A stretch of DNA of 64,000 bases. It comes from Hemiscyllium ocellatum (taxonomy: Eukaryota). Location of the stretch: NCBI RefSeq assembly GCF_020745735.1, contig NC_083417.1:63736001-63800000 (forward strand), written 5' to 3'. Of this stretch, positions 27,199-38,790 are shown in pieces. The stretch's first letter is position 1, and each line of letters starts with the position of its first letter. The notes beneath the pieces are model-generated. The model was not told the DNA's origin. It worked only from the letters and a program-made list of their open reading frames with translations, and ran no database searches. The position numbers and the translations under genes were made by a program.

Positions 27199-28301
27199 AC
27201 TCAACGCTATCAAAGCTGCCAAGAAGCACTGTAGATACGATGTTTGAACAGCCTCTTCATGTATATTGAACATGTTAGATTAATTCTAATTTAAGCATCG
27301 TCAAATGCTGTTTTAGAAATTTGAAATGAGAATCGATCATATGAAAATAATAGATGTCTTATTCTGTATGAGTTTGACTGTTGGCGTACATATTAAGGAG
27401 TTTGACGCTACTTTCACAATAATGTGTACATTACTCCCACAGAATTCTCGATTTCAAGAGATGTAAATTCCTTGAGAAGTTCTGCAGGTCTGATAAGCAT
27501 CTGTGGATCGAAAACACCAGTAATGTTTTGAAACTGGTGATCCTTACTGTGAATGTTGTTAATGCATTTTTCTCTCCACAGATACTGTCAGGTCTGCTGA
27601 GTTTCTCCTGCGTTTTCTGATTTTATTTCAGGGCTCCAGTATCCGAATTTGTTTGTTGCATTTTACTCTGGATGTAAGGAATTGGTTAGGTATGCCCTTT
27701 CAGTTATGTGTGTTTCTTATTTACGGCTAACACTGACTAGTAAATAGGATAAAAAGGCATCTTGAATTCATTTCATTTAGGTTTTATCTGTGATAGTAAA
27801 GAATTATCAATAGGATGAGGTACAGAGCAAACCTCCACTATGGTCACCCTGACTGTGCATATTATCAGAACATTATGAAGTGGAGCCGAATTCAATGCCG
27901 TGTGAATGGGTGAAGATGAGAATCTGGTCATTGACCAATTTCAGAACCCTCAGTAAGAAGCAGCTGAAAGTGGAATACATGGGTAACGCCTGTGATGTGG
28001 CATGGTACAGTGATCAGAGATAAGGGTTCCCGGGAAACAAAATTCGGAGTAACATTTATGTCAAAATGCCTCATGTCAGTGGCAACAAGCGGCATCTTAT
28101 TGGCAGAAAAATGAGGTAGCTGGGAACATACCACTTTCGGTTTTGGAAACACAATACCTGTGAATGAATTTAATGCTTACTTATGTATTTCGCAGGGCAT
28201 GTCATTTCAGCTAATGTCTTGAGCATTAGTATGTAAAATATATGATTTGTTTCTGAACTTGACAATGGTTGCTTCTTCTGCCCCCCCTCACAAAGCCATA
28301 C

Positions 28302-28613
28302 CTTTGGTAAATTTAGTAACAGTATAGGTGACAACAGCCGGGGCCTTGAGAGACACGTGAGATACCATACAGGTATAATTGTCTTCCATTGGATTCTGGT
28401 CTGGATCAACTAAAGTGCTAGAAACCTTGTACAGTCCCTCAGTGTTCTTCACTACGGCGTTTTGTGCTTCTAATAAAGTCTCAGCGCCATTTTTATACCA
28501 AGTTAGGCTGAAATTTCGCGGAAAAAATGCTGCCGTTTCACACACGAGATTCAAAGGTACTGGTGAAGTTCCTCCAGATGGTCTTTAAACAATCTTAAGT
28601 GGGGTTGGTGGAA
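28302..28613 (-). pseudogene. Gene B C1 exon with in-frame TAA
   Basis: 312 nt, same as gene A. Reads VPPTPLKIV*RPSGG, LVCETAAFFPRNFSLTWYKNG and NYTCMVSHVSL. Confidence 0.92.
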
Positions 28614-28685
28614 CTGCAAAATAAAGAGAAAATGAATCAAGTTGAGTTATTGGGCACAGTTGAAAGAAACTAAATTTGTACTTAC

Positions 28686-29016
28686 TTTACGGAACTGTTG
28701 AAGAGACTGATCACCTTTCCTTTAAATGTTACTGAGGATATTTGCACTGATCACAAACACCGGTGTCTCGCCAATGTACCCGAGCTATCAAGCGTACGCA
28801 TTGACATACTCAGAAGCCAGAAACACAGAATCATTACAACACAGAATATAGGACATGTAGCTCATTACACCAATACTTGAAAGACCGGTTCACTCAAGAA
28901 ATTACTCCGGTCTTCTTCACTAATCGTGGATATTGTCCTTTTCAGAGAATAGCCTTATTGTCTTTTGAGTGATTCTGATCGATGCTAACGACATGAAAGG
29001 AGTAAAGAAAGGTCTG
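28686..29016 (-). pseudogene. Highly degenerate V-like exon 72 nt upstream of the gene B C1 exon
   Basis: TTTTCTCAG acceptor and GTAAGT donor 331 nt apart. Fragments across frames: IRITQ, EKDNI, KYW and LIARVHWRDTGV(CD)QC. Many stops. Confidence 0.45.
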
Positions 29017-29429
29017 CTGAGAAAATATGAGCAGCAAAAATTAAATTACGTTGAAAAGTACTAATGTTGTGAATGCTATCTGAACAAGAGAAAATGATCA
29101 TAAGTTAAATATGATGAGACGATTCTAATACTGGTTCAAAAATCAGCTTGTAGATGTGCTTTTGATTCGACAGACATTGACACCAGAAATGGTAAAGGTG
29201 AGAGGCGTAATATTGGGGGCAGTCTTCTTCTGCCATGCTAGCATGTGCCATGCGAGGCATGTCTGTAGAGCGGTGCAAGATTTTAATTCAATACTAGTGC
29301 TGAGAAATTTTAAGAAAAAAAACGTTGAAAATGGGAAACAGTGCAAGAAAGTGTGTAATGATCAGACAGCTGCAGGACGATATCACTTGCACAAAACTAT
29401 ATCTGCAATTAAGTGTGGAGGATTAGGCT

Positions 29430-31690
29430 AAAGTTTTAAAAATAGCAAAAGAACAGACCTAAAGGTTCTGTACTTGATTGCATGCAACATTTGCTGAAAA
29501 TACATTCAATTGATAGTGCAAATATAAACAAAAATGCCTGACTTGATAGTCGTCCGAGAGACCTGCTTGCAAGATGACGAAGCCTGAGACCTGATTATTC
29601 AAGGGCACAAAGTGTTAAGGAAAAAACAGAAGTGTAGCTTTCTTAATAAAAGATGATAATAAACGGAGAGAGCACATCGTTTGGACTCTCAAAATGTAGA
29701 ATCAATTTGAATGCAGATAAGAACTAGAAAGGAAAGTCTTATAGGAGTGATACACAAGCCTGCTGTCCGTGATCATACTGCAAGTCGTGGTGCTTGTAAA
29801 TGTTGTAACGGGGACGTCTGAGAAAGATGATGCAATAATCTGGGTTTATTTTAATCTGCACATATACCGAATGAATCAAACTTGCTAATATAGCCTAGAA
29901 ATGAATTCATGGAGTATTTATAGGAAAGGTTCTGAGAACAATATGTTTTGGGGGCTATCGGGTAGTATGCTACATGGGTTGAGGTAATGTTCAATAGGGC
30001 GGAATGTATTAACTAAAGAATAGAGAAGATAAGAGAAGTTACCATTGTCGAGGAAGGTCTGCCTACTGAGTCGGTATGGGTGCAAATTAGGAACAGTAAG
30101 GGAACAGTCACCTCATTAGGGGTTTACTACAGGCCCTCCAATAGCAGCAGGAAGATTGAAGAAAGCATTAGTCGGCAGGTTTTGGAAAAGTGTGAATGTA
30201 GTAGGGTTGTTGTAATGGGTGACTTTAACTTTCCCAATATTGATTGGAACCTCCTTCGAACAGATGGTTTGGAAGGAGACGTTTTTGTAAGGTGTGTTCA
30301 GGAGGGTTTCCTAACTCAGTAGGTTGACAGGCCGACGAGGGGGGAGGCCATTTTGGATTTGGTGCTTGGCAGTGAGCCGGGGCAGGTGTCAGATCTTGCG
30401 GTGGGAGAGCATTTTGGTGATAGTGACCATGACTGCCTCACATTCTACCTAGCTATGCAGAAGGAGAGAAGCAGGTACAATGGGAGGATATTTAATTGGG
30501 GAAAAGGAAACTATAATACTATCAGACGTGATTTGGGAAGCATGGACTGGGAGCAACTGTTCCAACGAAAGGGCACTATAGACATGTGGAGACTGTTTAA
30601 GGAACAGTTGTTGCGAGTGATGCACAAATGTGTTCCTCTGAGACAGGCAAGAGGGGGTAAGATAAAGGAACCTTGGTTGACGAGAGTGGAGGAGCTTCTC
30701 TTCAAAAGAAAGAAAGCAGCTTTCGTGAGGTAGAGGAAGCAAGGGCCTTCCTCAGCTCTAGAGGATTACAGGCAGGCGAGGAAGGAGCTCAAAAATGGTC
30801 TGAGGAGAGCCAGGAGGGTACACAAAAAAGGCTTGGCAGGAAGGATTAGGGAGAATCCAAAGGTATTTTCGACGTATGTGAGGAATAAGAGAATGACCAA
30901 ATGAAGGGTAGGGCCAATCAGGGATAGCATAGGGAACTTGTGTACAGAGTCTGAGGAAGCCATAAATGAGTTTTTTGCTCATGTCTTTACTAAAGAAAAG
31001 GACCTTGTAGTGAATGAAACCATTGAGGAACAGGTAAGCATGCTGGAACAGATAGAGATTGAGGAAGCTGACGTGCTGAAAATTTTGACAAACATTGACA
31101 AGTCGCCAGGGCCAGACCAGATTTGTCCTCGGCTGCTTTGGGAAGCGAGAAATGTGATTGCTTCGCTGCTTTCGAAGGTCTTTGCATCCTCTCTCTCCAC
31201 CAGAGTCGTACCTGAGGACTGGAGGGAGGTAACAGTAATTCCTCTCTTCATAAAAGGAAACAGGGAAATCCCCGGCAATTACAGACCAGTCAGTCTCACG
31301 TCTGGCGTCTGCAAGGTGTTAGAAAGGATTCTGAAGGATAGGATTTATGACCATCTGGAAGAGCATGGCTTGATTAAAGGCAGTCAGCAGGGTTTTGTGA
31401 GGGGCAGGTCATGCCTCACACATCTTATTGAGTTCTTTCAGGATGTTACTAGACAAGGTGATGAGGGTCCAAGCTCTCACAATGCAGGGTGTTGTGAGAG
31501 CATGGAATATGTTGCCAGTAGCAGTTGTGGAAGCGAGGTCATTGGGCATATTTAAGAGACTGCTGGACATGAATATGGTCACAGAAATTTGAGGGTTCGT
31601 ACATTAGGTTTACTTTACGTGAGGATCAATCGTCGGCACAACATCGTGGGCTGAAGGGCCTGTTCTGTGCTGTACTGTTGTATGTTCTAT
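29430..31690 (+). mobile_element. CR1 LINE fragments (AP endonuclease, partial RT, 3' tail)
   Basis: GVYYRPSNS, VVMGDFNFPNIDW, GDSDHDCL and GNYRPVSLTS; tail TTCTATGT. Confidence 0.9.
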
Positions 31691-32204
31691 AAGATATCCC
31701 CCATTAGTTGGAACCATAATATATTTGAATCTAATATTATGTTTTTAAAAAAAGAGTGCATTTAAAAGATGTGTTTTAAACTTAAATAAGGTCAGTTATG
31801 GGGGCATGACCGTTGGATAATATTTGGATGAGTTCTATAAATATCATAACATTCAAGGATATGGGAAAACTGCAGGAAATTATGATTAGCACACTTCAAG
31901 TGTTTGCAGTTAGACTCGATGGTGTGAAAGGCCTTTTCTGTACCGTATGAATCTATGTATCTATGAAGGCAAAAATAGCTAACGTGGAGTAAAACATTAT
32001 GTTACGAGATATATCACTAAAGTTGCAATGACTGTATAAAAGTACATTACAATAATAATTGAAGAATCCAATGGGAAGAAGCACAGTCCATAATTAACAA
32101 AGGAAACTAATCATGTTATAAACAAGAAAGCAAAAATGCATCATTTCACAAAGACGATTGGGAAGTCAGAAGGCTGATCAGAATAGAATGAACAGAAAAG
32201 ATTG

Positions 32205-32353
32205 NNNNNNNNNNNNNNNNNNNNNNNNNNNNNNNNNNNNNNNNNNNNNNNNNNNNNNNNNNNNNNNNNNNNNNNNNNNNNNNNNNNNNNNNNNNNNNNN
32301 NNNNNNNNNNNNNNNNNNNNNNNNNNNNNNNNNNNNNNNNNNNNNNNNNNNNN
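32205..32353. other. Assembly gap (149 N)
   Basis: Directly visible. Confidence 1.
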
Positions 32354-35300
32354 TAGGAAGACTTTTTTACAGGCATTTAGTAAAGGATAGGTATCAGATG
32401 AACGTTGGTCTTTTGAAGAGTAAGTCTATGGTAATTATTCTAATAATGAAGTGGTCGATGAATTGAGTGCATGTTTTATGTCATCTTCCCTGCAGAGAGA
32501 TCATTAAAATCTCAGAACTAATCGTGAATGAGGTGGTCATGTTCATGGTGAAACCTAAAGCAGTTACATTCACTCAGGAAATGATATAGAGAAAATTGAT
32601 AGAGCTAAATCCGCTTAATTCTGCGTGTTTTAATCAATTTTATCCGAGGAACTTCAAAAGTGGTTCATGAAATAGTAGAGAGTATCGTTTTGTTATCTGA
32701 AATTCTTTGGAATTTAGAATGTCTCATCAGGTAGTAGAATTGTTAACTGACAATAGGCTCCTCCTTCTACCTCCTAATTTTCTTGTTTATCCAAGAAAAT
32801 CAGGAGATTGGAAGATGGAACCTGCGGTCATTTAGCTTCAAATCCATGATAGGGAAACTGGTGTTTTTTTTTAAATGGAGAATGCAGCAATCTCTGTGCC
32901 ATCAGGCAGAGTCAATGTGTTTGTCTTTAAAGAAAATCCTGTATGACTAATGTATAGCAATTTTATGACAAAATGGTAACCAATGTGAATAACAGAATAT
33001 CTGTAGTTTGCTTTACTTAGATTTCCAGAAGGCATTGAACATGGTGCCAAATGAAAAAGTATTGTACAAAGCACAATTCTGTTTCAGGGAATCACATAAC
33101 AACGTGGAAAGGGGACTCTTTAGATCAGAGGAAGGGGACAGCAAGACAGAAATGGACCATTCTCACGTTCTGATCATGTAATGAATTAACTATCACTGGA
33201 ATCATAATTCTGTACAAAATGCACGTGTTACATCAATGATTTGGACACAGGAGCTAATCATAGACTTATAAAACTTGCTGTTGATGCAAAGATACAGCAG
33301 GCAGAAGAAAAGTTATGAAACTTAAATTTTGAGCTCATAAAGGGATAATCTAATTCATTGAGCAAAGTTTGGCAAATGCAGCAAAAATGTGAGCTTGTAC
33401 ATTTTTGTATAAAGAGTATCTAAAAAGAATTTTGACTTAAAAGGAAGATGTTGAAATTTCCCAAGTACTGCGTGACATGGTTGTCCTGGTGCATGAATCA
33501 GGCAAAATTAGTTTGATAAAGCGAGGCCTTTTTTGGTTTGTATGCCTCTATCACTCTATAAGGAAAATAGGTCGAATGTTGTTATTTATTGCAAGAGGAA
33601 TAGAATAAAAAAGTAGAAATATTCTGCCTTTTTGTATAAAACGTTGATAAGATCGAATCTCATGCATGCAATTTTTGTTTTATTATCCAAGAAAGAACAG
33701 ATGGTTTACAAATAGCTTAGAGAAAGTTCATTCTATTATTACCTGGGATGAGGACGTTTTCTGAGGAAATTTAGGAGATGCTGTGCCTGTATCCAATGGA
33801 GTTTAGAACAGGAGATGATCTGTTTGAAATATATAAAACCCTGCGAGGATTTGACAAGAGGGTGTAAAAAAGACGCTCCATCTTTTGTGAGAGACTCTAA
33901 CGAGAAGGCAATGTTTATAGAGCAGTGGATTTTGCAATCCATAGAGTGAAAGAGAATTACATTTTCTCAGAGTCATGACGCTCTATTCCCCAATGATACA
34001 GGAAGATTCGTAAATATTTTAAAGTGACAGGTAAATACATTCCTAACTAACAAGGAAGTAAAATTTAATTTGAGTAGGTGGGGATGTGCAATTGAAACCA
34101 TCATCAGATCCGTTCTGATTATATTGAATATCAGAAATATCTTAAAATGCCAAATCGCCTTTTGTCAATTCGAATTTTCATGTTCCTTTGAAGTTGTCTC
34201 CATTTCACTGCCAGACAATGCATTCCGGAACTGAAATATTCCTTGCATGTACACGCTCTCCAATCACTTTTGCTTATTTTCCCAATTACAAATCTGACAA
34301 CCTTGTTTTTGATATCTCCAAATATGAGAAATGTTTGTCCCTAATATTTTGCCTAGAGATCTGAAAGTCTTTATCAAATCTCATCTGAGCATTCTGTTTC
34401 TGACAAAACAGCCGTAAAGTCTCCAGTCTATCTTTATGCCTGATATCTGTCCTCACTGGAACTATACTCATGAATCTTTTCTGCACTCTCCCAAAGATGC
34501 TCACATCCTTCCACAAGAATGATGCATAAAACTAAGCTCAATACTCTTTATTTTGTCTTCTCTTCATGTTCTATGTACCTAAATTAATAATATTATTATT
34601 CTTCGCATTGACATCCATCTGCCACTGATCTGCCATTCCCTGTGTTTGTTAGAGTAACTATTAATTTTGTCTAGAATTAATGAACGTAGAAGCTACACAT
34701 CATTTTAAAAACTTAACTGGCTTGCATTTATGCTGTTTTCAGACATTATTTGAACAAGAATGCAATGTTTGAAACTCCAGTTCTTGATCGCCAACCGAGA
34801 ACAAGGAAGATATGCAATTTTTTTTCAATCAACACATAACATTTATTCTCATATCACTAGTAACCTTGGATGTAGATCAACCTGTGTTTTTATCTTTTTA
34901 CCTTGAGGCACAGGGAGCCTCCTTAACTTCTACCTTCTCATCAATTTTAAAATATCATAGTATGTTAATTGCTTTCTTATTCACAATGTCTTGTGTTGTT
35001 CATTTTTCATGGTAAAGACAAAAGCAAATCACTTAAATTAATATCTCAAGTATTCCATCCACCTCCAGTGCAAATTCCCTTTCTGGTCCTTAATCCTGTC
35101 TCCCCTTCTATGAAGCTTTTATTAATATTTGCCTACCTTTAGAATGATTGGAAGTTTCCTTTTATGTTAACGGTAAGTTTCTATTCAGGATATCGCTTTT
35201 CTTCTCATACTATCTTTTTCACTTCTGCTCTGGAATTGTTATACTTAGTGTCATTCTCAACTGTATGTTTTACATGGAGTCTGACATAGGGCAGCAATTG

Positions 35301-35569
35301 GCATCTAATGCATGTTTTTCATAATTGAAAAAAGTAAATGAAACATGGGAGCCACCTGTGTCCTTGAATATTTCATGCACAAATAGATATTAAAGAGGAA
35401 TTTTCTGTTAAAACAAAAGTCTTAGTCCAAATGAGATGAATTGGATACCAGGTAACAGCTGGTGAAATACATATGCTCACATAAAGAGCAAAGACTTAGG
35501 CCACACAGTCCTTCTGTATGTTTTAAACTGGTATTTTGAGGTGACAACAGTATACAGAGTCAGAGAGTC

Positions 35570-36520
35570 ATAAAGTCATAGAATCATCGAGACGTACAGC
35601 ACGGAAACAGACCCTTTGGTCCAAATCGTCCATGTCGACCAGATATCGCAACCCACTCTAGTCCCACCTGCCACCTCCCGGCCTATATCACTCCAAACCC
35701 TTCCTATTCATATGCACATCCAGATGTTTTTTAAATGTTGCAACCTTAGTAGCCTCCACCACTTCCTCTAGCAGCTCATTCCATACACGTAACACACTCT
35801 GTGTGAAAAGACTGTCCTTGAGGTCTCTTTTATATCTTTGCCCTCTCACCCTCAAACTATGCCCTCTAGTTCTGGACTCCCCGACCCCAAGGAAAAGACT
35901 TTGATTATTTATCCTATCCATACCCCTCATGATGTTATGAACATCTATAAGGTCACCCCTCAGCCTCCGACGCTCCAAGGAAAACAGCCCCAGCCTGTTT
36001 AACTTCTCCCTCTAGCTCAAATCGTTGAACCCTGGCAACTCCTTGTAAGTCTTTTCTGAAATATTTCAAGTTTCACAGCATCTTTCCGGTAGGGAGGAGA
36101 CCAGAATTGCATGCAATATTCCAAACGTTGCCTAACCAACGTCTTGTACAGCCGCAACATGACCTTACAACCCCTGCACTCAGTACTCTGAACAATAAAG
36201 GAAAGCATACCAAATGCCTTCTTCACTATCCTAACTACCTGCGGCTCTACTTTCAAGGAGCTATGAACCTGCACTCCAAGGACTCTTTGTTCAGCAACAC
36301 TCCCCAGCACTTTACCATTATGTGTATAAGCCCTGCTAAGATTTGCTTTCCCAAAATGCAGCACCTCGCACTTACCTAAATTAAGCTTCATCTTCCACTT
36401 TTCATCCCATTGGTCCATCTGATAACGATCCCGTTCTAATCTGAGATTAACTTCTTTGCTGTCCACTGCGCCTCCAGTTTTGCTGTCATCTGCAAACTTA
36501 TTAACTATACCTCTTATGCT
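35570..36520 (-). mobile_element. 5'-truncated CR1 LINE
   Basis: KFADDSKTGG, LYKTLVRQRLEYCMQFWSP and ERRRLRGDLI. Confidence 0.88.
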
Positions 36521-36758
36521 TATATAAATGATTTGCTTTAGAAAATAGGTTAAGAACGTGAATATGCTGAATATGTCCACCACTTGCATGAAATGTGTTC
36601 CAAAAATTAGCTATCATATCTAAGATGTATAATTTACCTTCAGAGTTCATTTATTGAAACGTGAGACATTAACGCCGAAGTAGCGTTTTTATCGTGAAAT
36701 ATCCCCATTTAAGATGATGTGTTCCCCACTACTGGACTGTTCTTTGTTCTGCACTTAC

Positions 36759-37078
36759 CATAAACAATTAGCTGAGATCCAGTTCCATTTCCTCGAATGA
36801 TTCCATGACACATCACTGCACAGTGATAGACTCCTGAGTCTTGGAAGTTGCATCCAGCAGCTGGAATGTGCGGTACCACTTCGTTTCCAGACCAAATCGT
36901 TTTCTGCCATCGCCAGTGTCTTGCAAGTATTCAGATTCACCCTGTTTCCACCAGCGCACGGTAAAGCAGGCTAGATCCTGAGAGATCGTGAATTTGCACA
37001 CCCAGGTTATGTTGCCTCCTCTGGTTACAATCTTTCTTTTGGGTACTTGGGTCAATCTGAATGAAGTGCGGTCTGCAG
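36759..37078 (-). pseudogene. Gene B V(J) exon, frameshifted
   Basis: 320 nt against 321 nt in gene A. GGNITWVC and VRWWK lie in one frame; DSGVYHCAVMCHGIIRGNGTGSQLIVY lies in the next frame after about 36843. Donor G/GTAAGT. Confidence 0.92.
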
Positions 37079-37202
37079 CTGCCAAGAATACAGTCAATTA
37101 CAGACTAATTACTTTAGATGCCACATAGGGAATTAAGAAAGAAGGGAACTGACACAAGGAAAAAGTGAAAATTAACCCCAATAAATAAGTTAGCGTGGAG
37201 AT

Positions 37203-38790
37203 TTACGGCGGCCGATTCCTGCCACTGGTTCGGAACCAGATACTCCACATTGGAGTTCAAAACATGCGGGTTTATTAAAACCGAGAAAGCACTCCAGTAC
37301 GTTTATCGCAGGAGATAAGAGTGGGAACATCTCCCGCTCAACCATAATTGATCAGGAGTTGTGTAGTTATAGTCTGTGGCCTTTGGCTGGCGACGTATTG
37401 AGAATGAAATCTATGTTTCCAAAACGGATATAAGTCCGGGATTTCTGCCCAATGAGCCACTAGACTGGGAAAGATAGAGAGGAAATAAAAACAAACTCAT
37501 GCCGCTGTTACTTCGCAAGTAGTTCACACGTTATCTGGGGCAATCAATACAGAGTTACCTGCAGAAATTATTCCGCGGAGAGTCAGGCACAAGAGTACTA
37601 GACGCACTGACATGCTGAGCAATTGATTCAGTTGATCTTGCTGTGCAGTTACTTCACACTTGCAATTGTCGCGCATAACTTGTGGTCAATATTTGGTGAG
37701 ATGCTGCGTGATGACAATTGGCGTCCGATAATTGTGGGTTCAGAAGTGAAAGACTTTGTTTATTTAATGAAACACTGGAACTTTTTCAGCAATTTAGCTG
37801 CGTAAAGTTTTACTTCGCGACGGATTTCTGAGGAAATTTCAGGAGGGAGAGCAATCCACATTTTTAACAGGAGATTCTGATCAGAGCTCCTTCAGAAACG
37901 TGGAACAGTACTTGCATTCGACCAGTTCTTTCACAGCGTAGAACTGTCTGAAGAAAGCAGGTAGCTCTTCTGTTTCACGACATTAGGAAATTTAACGTTT
38001 CAGCAAGCCGTTTGTAAGTACTGTCAATCGGTATATAAATGCGGTAGGTGTGAAGTTAAAATGTAGAAAATCTGGAGGGCTACGTGGCTAGGTGTTAGGT
38101 GGATATGTAAGTAGTGTGTCAGCTGTGTAGCATGCCAGCTACAAAGAACAGAGTTTGCCAGTGCATAGGGTGTCTGACGACGTGAGGAAGGCGGGCGGGT
38201 CCGTTTCCGTCATTGGAGAAGACGAGCAAATTGTGTCCAAAGGGGGAAAACAAGATAGGGATAGGGAGAAGCACTTTGATGAATCTGAAGGACAAGGGGT
38301 CAGGAGATCAGCCCTTGGGTATTGTGGAGGAAGCGATTCTACAGCAAGGGAAATTTAGTCCAGTTCACGGCAGAAGGGGGCTCCAGTTCAGCGACGGGGT
38401 AAAGAATGTCTTCTCCCTGTCTCCCAAATTACCACTCAGGTTTTGAAGCTGGCTGTCGAATAACAGCGCAGAATGCGCGATCCTGCCAAGACCTTTTCTG
38501 TTACTCCGGTTTTTTTCACCTTTCAGTTTTTTTTGTTGCCTTATTCTAGCAACTTTCTGTGAAGCCCTCATTCCTCTTGCGCAAAGGAGCTAAGCGCGAT
38601 GAGATCGCACGGGACGAGCGAAGCCAACGTAAAAAATGAGGACCCCGGCGACAGCGCGAGGCGGCAGCGAGAACATGCAGACCCTGGTTGAGTTGGGCGT
38701 AGACTGGAGATGAGACCCGCCGCTTCCTGGAGGCGAGGCCGTGGCGCGGTTTGCACGAAAGACTGGAACGCTCATTTTTTTGTTTCATTG
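37203..38790 (-). mobile_element. Probable LTR-retroelement remnant directly upstream of the gene B V exon
   Basis: GC-richer than its flanks. On the minus strand a purine tract GAGCGGGAGA precedes TGTT, and a short LTR-like unit with AATAAA occupies 37203-37330. Family not identified. Confidence 0.4.

Larger units (their letters stand above)
24161..37078 (-). pseudogene. Gene B: disabled paralog of gene A (V(J)-C1-TM-3 cytoplasmic exons)
   Basis: Exons 36759-37078, 28302-28613, 26135-26248, 25455-25498, 24825-24926 and 24161-24223. Lesions: 1-nt deletion in V, TAA 28585-28587, TAA 26226-26228, TGA 24203-24205. Linkage of V to C1 crosses an N gap. Confidence 0.85.

Noticed and set aside
27780-27900. 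Hydrophobic stretch with Arg (VLIICTVRVTIV / FALYLILLIILYY) as an activating TM exon for gene B
   Set aside because: Needs a frameshift, has stops upstream in every phase, and a clearly homologous TM exon exists at 26135-26248.
29184-29245. Leader-like exon MLAWQKKTAPNITPLTFTIS-G with a GTGTCA donor like that of gene A
   Set aside because: Not hydrophobic enough for a signal peptide; similarity is limited to the donor.
36819-36825. Perfect RSS heptamer CACAGTG overlapping the YHC codons of the gene B V exon (another at 63375-63381 in gene A)
   Set aside because: No ACAAAAACC-like nonamer at 12 or 23 nt spacing, and the J-like segment is already joined in the exon.
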